From: an uncultured bacterium
Lineage (GTDB): Bacteria > Patescibacteriota > Minisyncoccia > Phycocordibacterales > Phycocordibacteraceae
NCBI GenBank assembly: GCA_937879955.1
Contig: CALFMK010000001.1
Location: 361,853 to 425,852, forward strand
DNA: 64,000 nucleotides
Direction: 5' to 3'
In this document: piece after piece, positions 57,133-64,000 of the stretch
Layout: the number at the start of each line of letters is the position of its first letter
How positions within the stretch are numbered: position 1 is the first letter of the stretch
The notes under the pieces: model-generated
What the model saw: the letters and a program-made list of their open reading frames with translations, nothing else
What the model was told of the DNA's origin: nothing
The model's database searches: none
Made by a program: the position numbers and the translations under genes

Positions 57133-57162
57133 AGGCCCGATCTTCCGATCGGGCCTTTTTCT
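57133..57162 (+). terminator. intrinsic terminator (AGGCCCGATC-TTCC-GATCGGGCCT plus T5)
   Basis: 10-bp stem followed by TTTTTC. Confidence 0.7.
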
Positions 57163-57166
57163 ATAC

Positions 57167-57715
57167 CTAGAGTCGAAGGAGTACCTTGAGCGCGAGCGCG
57201 ATAAGGACGAGGGCGCCGCCAAGCTCGATGTGATTGCCGAACAGGTGCTTGCTTCGCCTTCCGAAATAGACCCCGGCGAGCGCCATGAGGAACGTGACGA
57301 TACCGATTACAGCGATCGCAACCGGAACGTTCACTGGCACGAAATTGAACGTGATACCCACGACGAACGCGTCTATGCTGGTCGCGACAGCGAGGAGCAG
57401 CAGCGTCGACGTCTTCGTGATATCCCTCTCACGCTCAGCATCCTCTTCGCCGAACGATTCGAAGAACATCTTGCCTCCGACGAGAAGGAGCAGGACGAAC
57501 CCGACGACGTGACCGTATGCGAGCAGATACTCGCGGAAGCCGAGCCCCAGCACGAGACCGAGGAGCGGCATGGCTGCCTGGAAGGCGCCGAAGAAGAGCG
57601 CGACCTTGAGCGCGGCGCGGGGCCGCACGTGCGCGAGCGCACCTGCACCAACTGCGACTATGGCAGCATCGAGTGCAAGGCTCACGGCGATGAGGACTAT
57701 CTCGAGAACTGACAT
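57167..57715 (-). CDS. mntP: manganese efflux pump MntP family
   Basis: Six TM helices with two DUF204 repeats (LALDAAIVAVGAG; TSIDAFVVGI). Confidence 0.7.
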   Translation of the reverse strand: MSVLEIVLIAVSLALDAAIVAVGAGALAHVRPRAALKVALFFGAFQAAMPLLGLVLGLGFREYLLAYGHVVGFVLLLLVGGKMFFESFGEEDAERERDITKTSTLLLLAVATSIDAFVVGITFNFVPVNVPVAIAVIGIVTFLMALAGVYFGRRSKHLFGNHIELGGALVLIALALKVLLRL

Positions 57716-57835
57716 GGCGTACCGAAGAGCATAACACCCGGATAGGAACCAGGCAGACGTCTCGCTATCGTATTCTTTATAGAGGACGCCGTATGCATCG
57801 AGTCCGAATACGGAACCTTGAGAAGCACAGCGGGG

Positions 57836-58342
57836 CTATTTTGCGGGACCGAGCAGGCAGTACCATCCCGTGCCCGCAGAACTCGTCGCGTACTGGGGAC
57901 GCGGACGCTCCGGGGAGAACGTCAGGACCCATTCGTAATCGTTGTACGATTGGCCGCCGCAGGATTGCGCCGAGCCGGTCACGCGATACGAGAGGATGTA
58001 GCACTTCCCGCTCGTCGGATCCTGCGGCACGGAAGGCAGGTACCCGGCCAAGACGAGCGGCGCGAGCACGGTCGCGACAGATCCACTGGTTCCCCATCCA
58101 TTGCAGGCAGGGTTGGCGTTCGCATAGTGCGCGCCGCCGCCTGCGATAGGGTTGCCCGTATCCGCGTATTGCATGCGGAGCGCCTGGTCGATAGTTCGCA
58201 TGTCCGACATGCGCTGCGTGTCGCGCGCGTTCATGCGCGCCGTGTTGAGCGACGCGAGCACCACGGTCGAAAGGATGCCGATGATCGCGATCACCACGAG
58301 GAGCTCGATGAGGGTGAAGCCTTTCGGGTGCGCTCTATCCAT
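57836..58342 (-). CDS. type IV pilin-like protein (dispersed paralogue)
   Basis: PKG-FTLIELLVVIAIIGILSTVVLASLNTARMNARD N-terminus. Start set at MDRAHPKG. Confidence 0.7.
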   Translation of the reverse strand: MDRAHPKGFTLIELLVVIAIIGILSTVVLASLNTARMNARDTQRMSDMRTIDQALRMQYADTGNPIAGGGAHYANANPACNGWGTSGSVATVLAPLVLAGYLPSVPQDPTSGKCYILSYRVTGSAQSCGGQSYNDYEWVLTFSPERPRPQYATSSAGTGWYCLLGPAK

Positions 58343-58471
58343 AGTTAGAGTATAGGGCATCAATGCCGCCCTAACCCGCCCATCAATCACCCTTGCGCCC
58401 GATTCATGAACCGTTCATGCTAAGGGGCGTAGAGTCGTCACTGTTAGACAGGCTTATCGTAACTATCAACT

Positions 58472-58768
58472 ATGGATTCCAAGACAAAGCTCACGCTCGC
58501 ATGGACGGTGGCCGGCATTCTGGCCGTGCTTCTCGCCATTACCCTCTTCTTCCTCATGAACCAGCCGAAGGACCTCGACCAGGTGCTTCAGGAAGGCAAG
58601 GAGGACATCACCGCCAAGCGCGACGAGGTGGCGAAGGCCTGCAACGGCTCGGACGCCGCAAGCAAGGCCAAGTGCCAGGACGAGCTCCGCGAGCTCTCCG
58701 ATATCCTCCGCGACTTCAGCAAGGATATCGACAAGGCCACCACGACCGCAGCCGAGAAGGCCCAGTAG
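58472..58768 (+). CDS. small membrane-anchored coiled-coil protein (hypothetical)
   Basis: One TM then a charged helical tail, with strong GC3 bias. Confidence 0.45.
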   Translation: MDSKTKLTLAWTVAGILAVLLAITLFFLMNQPKDLDQVLQEGKEDITAKRDEVAKACNGSDAASKAKCQDELRELSDILRDFSKDIDKATTTAAEKAQ

Positions 58769-58857
58769 CCCTCAGGACGAGAAACGTGCGGAAACGGCCC
58801 GGTATTTCCGGGCCGTTCCTTGTTTAGGGCCTATTTACGTGCTAGAATATAGGTACT

Positions 58858-59436
58858 TTGAGCAGCAATACCGAACGAATACGCATAAACCGCGAGATCC
58901 GGGCCCCGAAGCTCCGTGTCATAGGCGCCGAGGGAGAGAATCTCGGCGTCCTCGATACGGACGAGGCCTTGAAAGCGGCCCAGAACCTGGGTCTCGACCT
59001 CATCGAGATCTCGCCGAACGCGGCCCCGCCCGTTGCGAAAATCATGGATTATGGTAAGTTTCAGTACGAGCAGAAGAAGCGTGAGAGTGCCGCCAGGGCC
59101 AAGGTAAAGGTCTCAGAGACCAAGGAGGTCCAGATCAAGGTAGGCACAGGAGAGAACGACATGCGCCTGAAGGCCAAGAAGGCAGCCGAGTGGCTCGCCG
59201 AAGGCCATCGGGTCCGCATGGAGCTCTTCCTCAAGGGCCGGTACAAGGGGATGGAAGAAGCCTTCCTCAAGACCCGGCTCGAGAAGTTCATGCTCATGAT
59301 CCCGTACGCCTACAAGATCGCCGAGCCGGTGACGCGAGCCCCCAAGGGATTCGCCGCCATCATCGAGCGGGACCTGAAGGCCGCGGCGCCCGCGAAGAAG
59401 CAAGACAGTCCTGAAACAGAACCAACCCCAGCATGA
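58858..59436 (+). CDS. infC: translation initiation factor IF-3
   Basis: INREIRAPKLRVIGAEGENLGVL and the C-terminal domain. Followed by rpmI-rplT as in the canonical operon. Confidence 0.85.
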   Translation: MSSNTERIRINREIRAPKLRVIGAEGENLGVLDTDEALKAAQNLGLDLIEISPNAAPPVAKIMDYGKFQYEQKKRESAARAKVKVSETKEVQIKVGTGENDMRLKAKKAAEWLAEGHRVRMELFLKGRYKGMEEAFLKTRLEKFMLMIPYAYKIAEPVTRAPKGFAAIIERDLKAAAPAKKQDSPETEPTPA

Positions 59437-59624
59437 AAACCAACAAGTCATACACCAAGCGCATCCGAGTAACCCGCAACGGGGTGCTTATCGCGCGCAA
59501 GCCGGGTCAGGACCACTTCAACGCGAAGGAGCGCGGCCGCACCAAGGGCCTCAAGGGACGCGCGAACATCCTCAAGGTGCCGAAGCGCATCGTCCGCCAG
59601 TTCCTCAGCAAGACCAGCAAGTAA
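59433..59624 (+). CDS. rpmI: 50S ribosomal protein L35
   Basis: 63-aa basic protein in the infC-rpmI-rplT position, with a 4-bp overlap with infC. Confidence 0.75.
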   Translation: MKTNKSYTKRIRVTRNGVLIARKPGQDHFNAKERGRTKGLKGRANILKVPKRIVRQFLSKTSK

Positions 59625-59643
59625 TTTCAGTAAGTAACTACGT

Positions 59644-59994
59644 ATGGCACGAGTAAAAGGAGGAGTAACAGCATCGAAGCGCCGCAAGAACATCCTGCTG
59701 CGCGCGAAGGGATACCGCCACGGACGCTCCACGAAGGTGCGCCTCGCGAAGGAGTCCCTCGTCCACGCCGGAAAGAACGCGTTCAACCACCGCCGCGACA
59801 AGAAGACCGACTTCCGCCAGATCTGGATCGTCCGCCTCAACGCGGCTATCCGCGACCTCGGCTTCAAGTCCTACAGCACCTTCATCGCTGCGAAGGCGAG
59901 GGCAGGCATCGAGCTCGACCGCAAGGTCCTCGCCACCCTCGCCGCACAGGAGCCTGAGGTATTCGCTCGCGTCGCGAACAAGATCCAGGCGTAA
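59644..59994 (+). CDS. rplT: 50S ribosomal protein L20
   Basis: MARVKGGV..KRRK..L..AKGY.G conserved N-terminus of L20. Confidence 0.9.
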   Translation: MARVKGGVTASKRRKNILLRAKGYRHGRSTKVRLAKESLVHAGKNAFNHRRDKKTDFRQIWIVRLNAAIRDLGFKSYSTFIAAKARAGIELDRKVLATLAAQEPEVFARVANKIQA

Positions 59995-60015
59995 GCCGCC
60001 CGTTTTGCAAGAGAA

Positions 60016-60045
60016 AGGCCCCGCATGTGCGGGGCCTTTCTTATC
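60016..60045. terminator. intrinsic terminator (AAAGGCCCCGCA-TGT-GCGGGGCCTTT plus TCTTAT)
   Basis: 11-bp stem 3' of rplT. Also 3' of the convergent MBL-fold gene. Confidence 0.7.
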
Positions 60046-60053
60046 GGTTCCCT

Positions 60054-61445
60054 CTACCCTACCTTCTTCACTCCTTCCTTCGTGACATCCCACACGTCGC
60101 CCTGGCTCGGGACGATAGCGTTGCCGTCGAGGAAGTCATGGATGCGCTGCGCGAGGAACCGTTGCGCAGACGGCTCGCCGATAGACACGAAGATAGCCTT
60201 CGCGCGCGGGAGCGTGCCCTCCGCGAACCTGAGGAGTCCGTCCCTGTCCGCATGCGCGGACCAGCTCGTGAGACTCTCCACCTTCGCCCTCACCTTGATC
60301 TCCCGGCCGTCGAGCTTCACCTTGGGAGCGCCGTCCTGCAGGAGGCGTCCCGGAGACCCTGGCGCCTGGTATCCCACGATGAGGAGGGTGGTGGTCGGGA
60401 TTGGCAGGTACTTCGCCTCCCATTTCCCGATGCGCCCGCCGTGCGACATGCCGGCACCGGCGATGATGAGCTTGGGCTCCGGCTCTCCGGCGATCGTCTC
60501 CGAGTCCTCGCGGCTCTCGGTCATGGTGAGGAACGGGAACCGGAAGATGCTGCCCTCCTTCAGGGTCTCCTCCCTCGCCTTCGCATTGAAATACTTCCCT
60601 GCCCACTTCTCGTAGATACTCGTCACGTTGATGGCGAGCGGCGAGTCGAGATATACCGGGAACCGCGGAAGCTCGCCCGCTTCCATGAGGTTCGATATCT
60701 CATAGAGCATGAGCTGGGTGCGCTCCATGGAGAACGCCGGCATGAGGATGGTCCCGCCGCGCGCGAGCGCGCGCTTCAGGGTATCTCGGAGCTGCGGTAC
60801 CCGCTGGTCCACGTGCTCATGCACCCGGTCCCCATAGACGGCCTCCATGATGACCGCGTCCGCGTCGTCCACCCGCTCCGCGTCGTTCAGGTACGGGTTC
60901 GGGGAGTTCCCGATGTCTCCCGTGAAGACGACGCTCGTGCCGTCTGATATATCCCTCACGCGCACCGAGGCCGCGCCAAGGATATGTCCGGTGTCGCGCA
61001 GGTAGATGGAGAGCCCTGGAGCCGCCTCGCGCTCCTCGTGGTACTCGATGGTCTCGACGAGCTGCATGAGCCCTTCCACGTCCTGCTCGTCGTAGAGCGG
61101 GTCCTTCCCGTACCGCTTCGCCTCCTGCGCGAGCAGGGTGACGCTGTCACGCAGCATGAGCTCCATGAGGTCGCGGGTGGCGGCCGTCATGTACGCCTTG
61201 CCGCGGAAGCCCTCGCGGACGAGCTTCGGCACCCTGCCGATATGATCGAGGTGCGCGTGCGTTATCACGAGCGCCTGGATGGCGGACACGTCGTACGGGA
61301 ACGGCGCGTACATGCAGTCGACGCAGAAGTCCCGTCCCTGCTCGAGACCGGCATCGACCAGGAGCTTACCCTTCTCGCCCTCGACGAGAAAGTTCGAGCC
61401 GGTGACGGCGCCAGCGCCGCCATGGAAGGTTACGCGGAGCGCCAT
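60054..61445 (-). CDS. MBL-fold metallo-hydrolase with beta-CASP/RMMBL domains (RNA-processing nuclease-like)
   Basis: HxHxDH motif (ITHAHLDHIG), then beta-CASP motifs A-C and a C-terminal RMMBL-like domain. Confidence 0.7.
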   Translation of the reverse strand: MALRVTFHGGAGAVTGSNFLVEGEKGKLLVDAGLEQGRDFCVDCMYAPFPYDVSAIQALVITHAHLDHIGRVPKLVREGFRGKAYMTAATRDLMELMLRDSVTLLAQEAKRYGKDPLYDEQDVEGLMQLVETIEYHEEREAAPGLSIYLRDTGHILGAASVRVRDISDGTSVVFTGDIGNSPNPYLNDAERVDDADAVIMEAVYGDRVHEHVDQRVPQLRDTLKRALARGGTILMPAFSMERTQLMLYEISNLMEAGELPRFPVYLDSPLAINVTSIYEKWAGKYFNAKAREETLKEGSIFRFPFLTMTESREDSETIAGEPEPKLIIAGAGMSHGGRIGKWEAKYLPIPTTTLLIVGYQAPGSPGRLLQDGAPKVKLDGREIKVRAKVESLTSWSAHADRDGLLRFAEGTLPRAKAIFVSIGEPSAQRFLAQRIHDFLDGNAIVPSQGDVWDVTKEGVKKVG

Positions 61446-61789
61446 AGGGTATATCTAGCTGCCAGGTACGCGAGCGACATGCCGACCGCGTCCATGAGGA
61501 GGTCGAGCGCGGTGTCGAACGCGAAGTTCGCCTCCCGCTCGGCATTGATCGCAAGCTCGAAGAGCTCCCAGCCCACCGCGATCGCGAGCATGCCCGTAAG
61601 GAACACGATGGCACGATGCCTGTCGAGGAGCGCGATGCCGAAGCTCGCGACGGTGAGCCCGCCGAGGAAATGCATCACGGTGTCGAACCAGGGGTAATGC
61701 CAGTACCAGAGGTTCGCGAGCGCCTCATGCTGCAGGTACGCGAGCGCGCTTGCGAGGATGAGGGTGACGAGGAGCCAAGGGAGACGCAT
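61430..61789 (-). CDS. small polytopic membrane protein (hypothetical)
   Basis: Four hydrophobic helices. Start set at MRLPWLL. Confidence 0.35.
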   Translation of the reverse strand: MRLPWLLVTLILASALAYLQHEALANLWYWHYPWFDTVMHFLGGLTVASFGIALLDRHRAIVFLTGMLAIAVGWELFELAINAEREANFAFDTALDLLMDAVGMSLAYLAARYTLWRSA

Positions 61790-62066
61790 AGGGATAACTC
61801 TAGCATGACAAAAGCCGAGGCTCTCGCCTCGGCTTCTCTCATAGAACCGCCCCGTGTGGCAACGTTGTGATGCCACGTGGGTGCCCGCATCGCGCGCCGT
61901 TGGTCGTCCGAGGACGTCCGCAGAGGCGCGGGATATGAGGCTCCCGGAAAAGTATCAAGTTGCGTTTAGGGCGGCTCTGGAGCCAGTATATCGCTCCTCG
62001 CATGCCCGGGCAAAAGGAAGGCCCGGATCGCCATGATCCGGGCCTTCTTTCCATATAGCGTATGGA

Positions 62067-62675
62067 TTACTCCAGGATGCCGTCGAGGTTCACGTCGTAG
62101 AGCACCTCGTCGCCGATGAGGCGGTAGCTGATGAGCTCCTCCTCGCTGAACCAAAGCGCGATCTCGGTCTCCGCGTTCTCCGGGGTGTCCGAGCAGTGGA
62201 TGAGGTTGCGCACCGCGCGGTCGTCGATCGCCGCGATGTTATAGGAATCGATGGTGAAGTCGCCGCGGATGGTGCCGACGTCGGAGGTAGCCGGCTCGGT
62301 GCCGCCCACGAGCTTGGTGACGACGGAAACTGCGGAGTTACCCTCCCATGCCATCATCACGACCGGTCCTGCGGTCATGAACTTCTCGAGGGCACGGATG
62401 ATGTCCTTGCCGTACTCGATAGGCTCCTTCTCGGCCGAGAGGCCTGCCGCAGCGCGATCCTCGGCGATCTTGGTGCCCTTCTTGATGAACCAGGCGTCAT
62501 CCTTGTTGTAGTGCTTCCAGATGCGGTCCGCATCAAGGACCGTGAGCTTCATACCGATAAGCTTGAGGCCGGTGCGCTCGAAGCGCTTCACGATCTCGCC
62601 GACGAGTCCGCGCTGCACGCCGTCTGGCTTCACGATGACGAACGTGCGCTCCTTCTTCGGATGTGGGATTGGCAT
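62067..62675 (-). CDS. ndk: nucleoside diphosphate kinase
   Basis: ERTFVIVKPDGVQRGLVGEIVKRFE and an NxxH active-site region, with an insertion relative to the canonical Ndk. Confidence 0.75.
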   Translation of the reverse strand: MPIPHPKKERTFVIVKPDGVQRGLVGEIVKRFERTGLKLIGMKLTVLDADRIWKHYNKDDAWFIKKGTKIAEDRAAAGLSAEKEPIEYGKDIIRALEKFMTAGPVVMMAWEGNSAVSVVTKLVGGTEPATSDVGTIRGDFTIDSYNIAAIDDRAVRNLIHCSDTPENAETEIALWFSEEELISYRLIGDEVLYDVNLDGILE

Positions 62676-62752
62676 AGTGTCTATAGTAAAAATCGCCCTA
62701 GGGCGCTTGTATGTCCGCACTATACTACAGCCTCTGAGGGCTGTCAGCTTCC

Positions 62753-63055
62753 CTACTTCTCGCCCTTCAGGATGACTTTCCCGTCGAATCCGCCCCGCTC
62801 CTCCCGCTTCGCGAGACGTACCGCTTCGACATCCGCATACTCCGGAAGCATCTTCAGGGCCGCGATCACCTCGAGCACGTCGCCGAGCTCTTCGACGGAG
62901 GTTACCTCGGCGAACTCGCCCGCCTCCTCCACGAGCTTCTTCACGAGCTCGCGCTTGTATTCGCCGTCGTCAGCGATCCGCATCTCATACGGAACGCCTT
63001 TCGAATCGAGTAGATCCGGGATACCGTCGCGCACGAGCTTCTCGTACTGGGCCAT
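62753..63055 (-). CDS. MazG/HisE-like nucleotide pyrophosphohydrolase (all-alpha NTP-PPase)
   Basis: About 100 aa with an EE..E/D helix pair (LVEEAGEF; ELGDVLEV). Confidence 0.55.
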   Translation of the reverse strand: MAQYEKLVRDGIPDLLDSKGVPYEMRIADDGEYKRELVKKLVEEAGEFAEVTSVEELGDVLEVIAALKMLPEYADVEAVRLAKREERGGFDGKVILKGEK

Positions 63056-63059
63056 AGGA

Positions 63060-63845
63060 CTATCGTACCACCTCGCTCGGACGCCTCGTCACCACGATCG
63101 TGCCTTCCTCCTCGATGAGGAGCGTGTGCTCCGAGTGCGAGGAGATGGACCCGTCGCGCGTGCGGTACGTATGGCCGTCCGGCGCGAGGATGATGGAGCC
63201 CTTCCCCGCGTTCGCGATAGGCTCGAGCGCGAGCACCATGCCCGGCACGATCTCAGGGCCGGTCCCGGCATGGCCGAAGTTCGAGATGTACGGCTCCTCA
63301 TGCACGCGACGTCCCACGGCGTGCCCGCCGAGCACCTTCACGATGGAGAAGCCCGTGCCCTTGAACGCGAGCTCGGTCGCATGCGAGATGTCGCCGGTCC
63401 GGTTCCCCACCCTCGCAGCCTTGATGGCTTCTTCGAGGGCGTAGTCGGTCGCCGCGATGAGCGCGCTCGCCTGCTTCGATACCTTCCCTACCGGAACCGT
63501 GACAGCCGAGTCCGTGAAGAATCCGTCATGCACGATGCCGAAGTCGAGCGATACGATGTCGCCTTCCTTGAGCATGCGCGGCTTCTCGTTCGGGATGCCG
63601 TGCACCACCTCCTCGTTCACCGAGACGCAGAGCGCGGCCGGGAACGGACGCGGCGCGCCCTCGGGCGTATAGCCCTTGAAGGCCGGCTTATCGCCCGCCT
63701 CCTCGATGAGACGCATCGCCTCGTTCTCGAGGTCGAGCGTGGTGACGCCAGGCGCGACCATCCTCTCGAGCGCTTCGAGCATCACGCCGAGCCGGCGACC
63801 CGACTCGATGATGCCCGCACGCTCCTCAGGCGTCCGTACGATCAT
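63060..63845 (-). CDS. map: type I methionine aminopeptidase
   Basis: Metal ligands in DIVSLDFG, HGIPN, HEEP and EE contexts, 261 aa. Confidence 0.85.
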   Translation of the reverse strand: MIVRTPEERAGIIESGRRLGVMLEALERMVAPGVTTLDLENEAMRLIEEAGDKPAFKGYTPEGAPRPFPAALCVSVNEEVVHGIPNEKPRMLKEGDIVSLDFGIVHDGFFTDSAVTVPVGKVSKQASALIAATDYALEEAIKAARVGNRTGDISHATELAFKGTGFSIVKVLGGHAVGRRVHEEPYISNFGHAGTGPEIVPGMVLALEPIANAGKGSIILAPDGHTYRTRDGSISSHSEHTLLIEEEGTIVVTRRPSEVVR

Positions 63846-64000
63846 GCCGCTGGCGCGTTAAGGGCCGCGAGGATCGCCGCTTCCACCTCCTCGGGCGTCT
63901 TCGTCCCGTCGATCGTGACGAGCTTCCCCTGCTTCTTGAAATAGTCGAGGACCGGCGCCGTGTGCTCATGATAGGTCGAAAGACGCGCCTCGATCTGCTC
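63838..64000 (-). CDS. adk: adenylate kinase, C-terminal fragment (N-terminus beyond window end)
   Basis: Translation of the minus strand gives ...EQIEARLSTYHEHTAPVLDYFKKQGKLVTIDGTKTPEEVEAAILAALNAPAA*, the typical Adk C-terminus upstream of map. Confidence 0.7.

Noticed and set aside
62196-63944. 582-aa plus-strand ORF antisense to ndk, the MazG-like gene and map
   Set aside because: It spans three independent minus-strand genes with clear signatures. Its product is Arg/Ser/Pro-rich and low-complexity.

Overview
This is a high-GC (~65%) bacterial chromosomal window with dense coding, mostly on the minus strand. Its centrepiece (about 23.5-36.5 kb) is a complete type IV pilus / competence locus: pilM-pilN-pilO, a small unknown gene, pilB, a CheY-like receiver, pilT, pilC, two tandem major-pilin paralogues, pilD, four minor pilins including a PilX-like protein with a very long Gly-rich tail, and comFC on the opposite strand. 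Four more pilin-like genes with the same prepilin N-terminus lie elsewhere (41.4-42.5 kb tandem pair, 56.1 kb, 57.8 kb). Other blocks are: a metal-homeostasis neighbourhood with copper nitrite reductase nirK, a YibE/F membrane protein, a CDF efflux transporter, a CooC-like ATPase next to an uncharacterised Cys-motif protein, and a Fur-family regulator with a shared palindromic box in two promoters. There is also an unusual two-component operon in which a GAMT-like methyltransferase, a pyruvoyl AdoMetDC-like decarboxylase and a GNAT acetyltransferase sit between the response regulator and the histidine kinase. Housekeeping genes include gatC-gatA-ligA, recG, ftsH, smpB followed by a tmRNA (ssrA), infC-rpmI-rplT, ndk, map and adk. 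Five tRNAs are called: Asp-GTC, a Met-CAT-like tRNA with an odd T-loop, initiator Met, Ser-GCT and Ile with the rare TAT anticodon. Two LAGLIDADG-type homing-endonuclease-like genes sit directly beside tRNA genes. A low-GC islet with two DUF305 proteins starts exactly at the tmRNA 3' end. No CRISPR array, rRNA, transposase or integrase was seen. All calls rest on reading the translated ORFs for motifs and on hand-folding RNAs, because no database search was possible.
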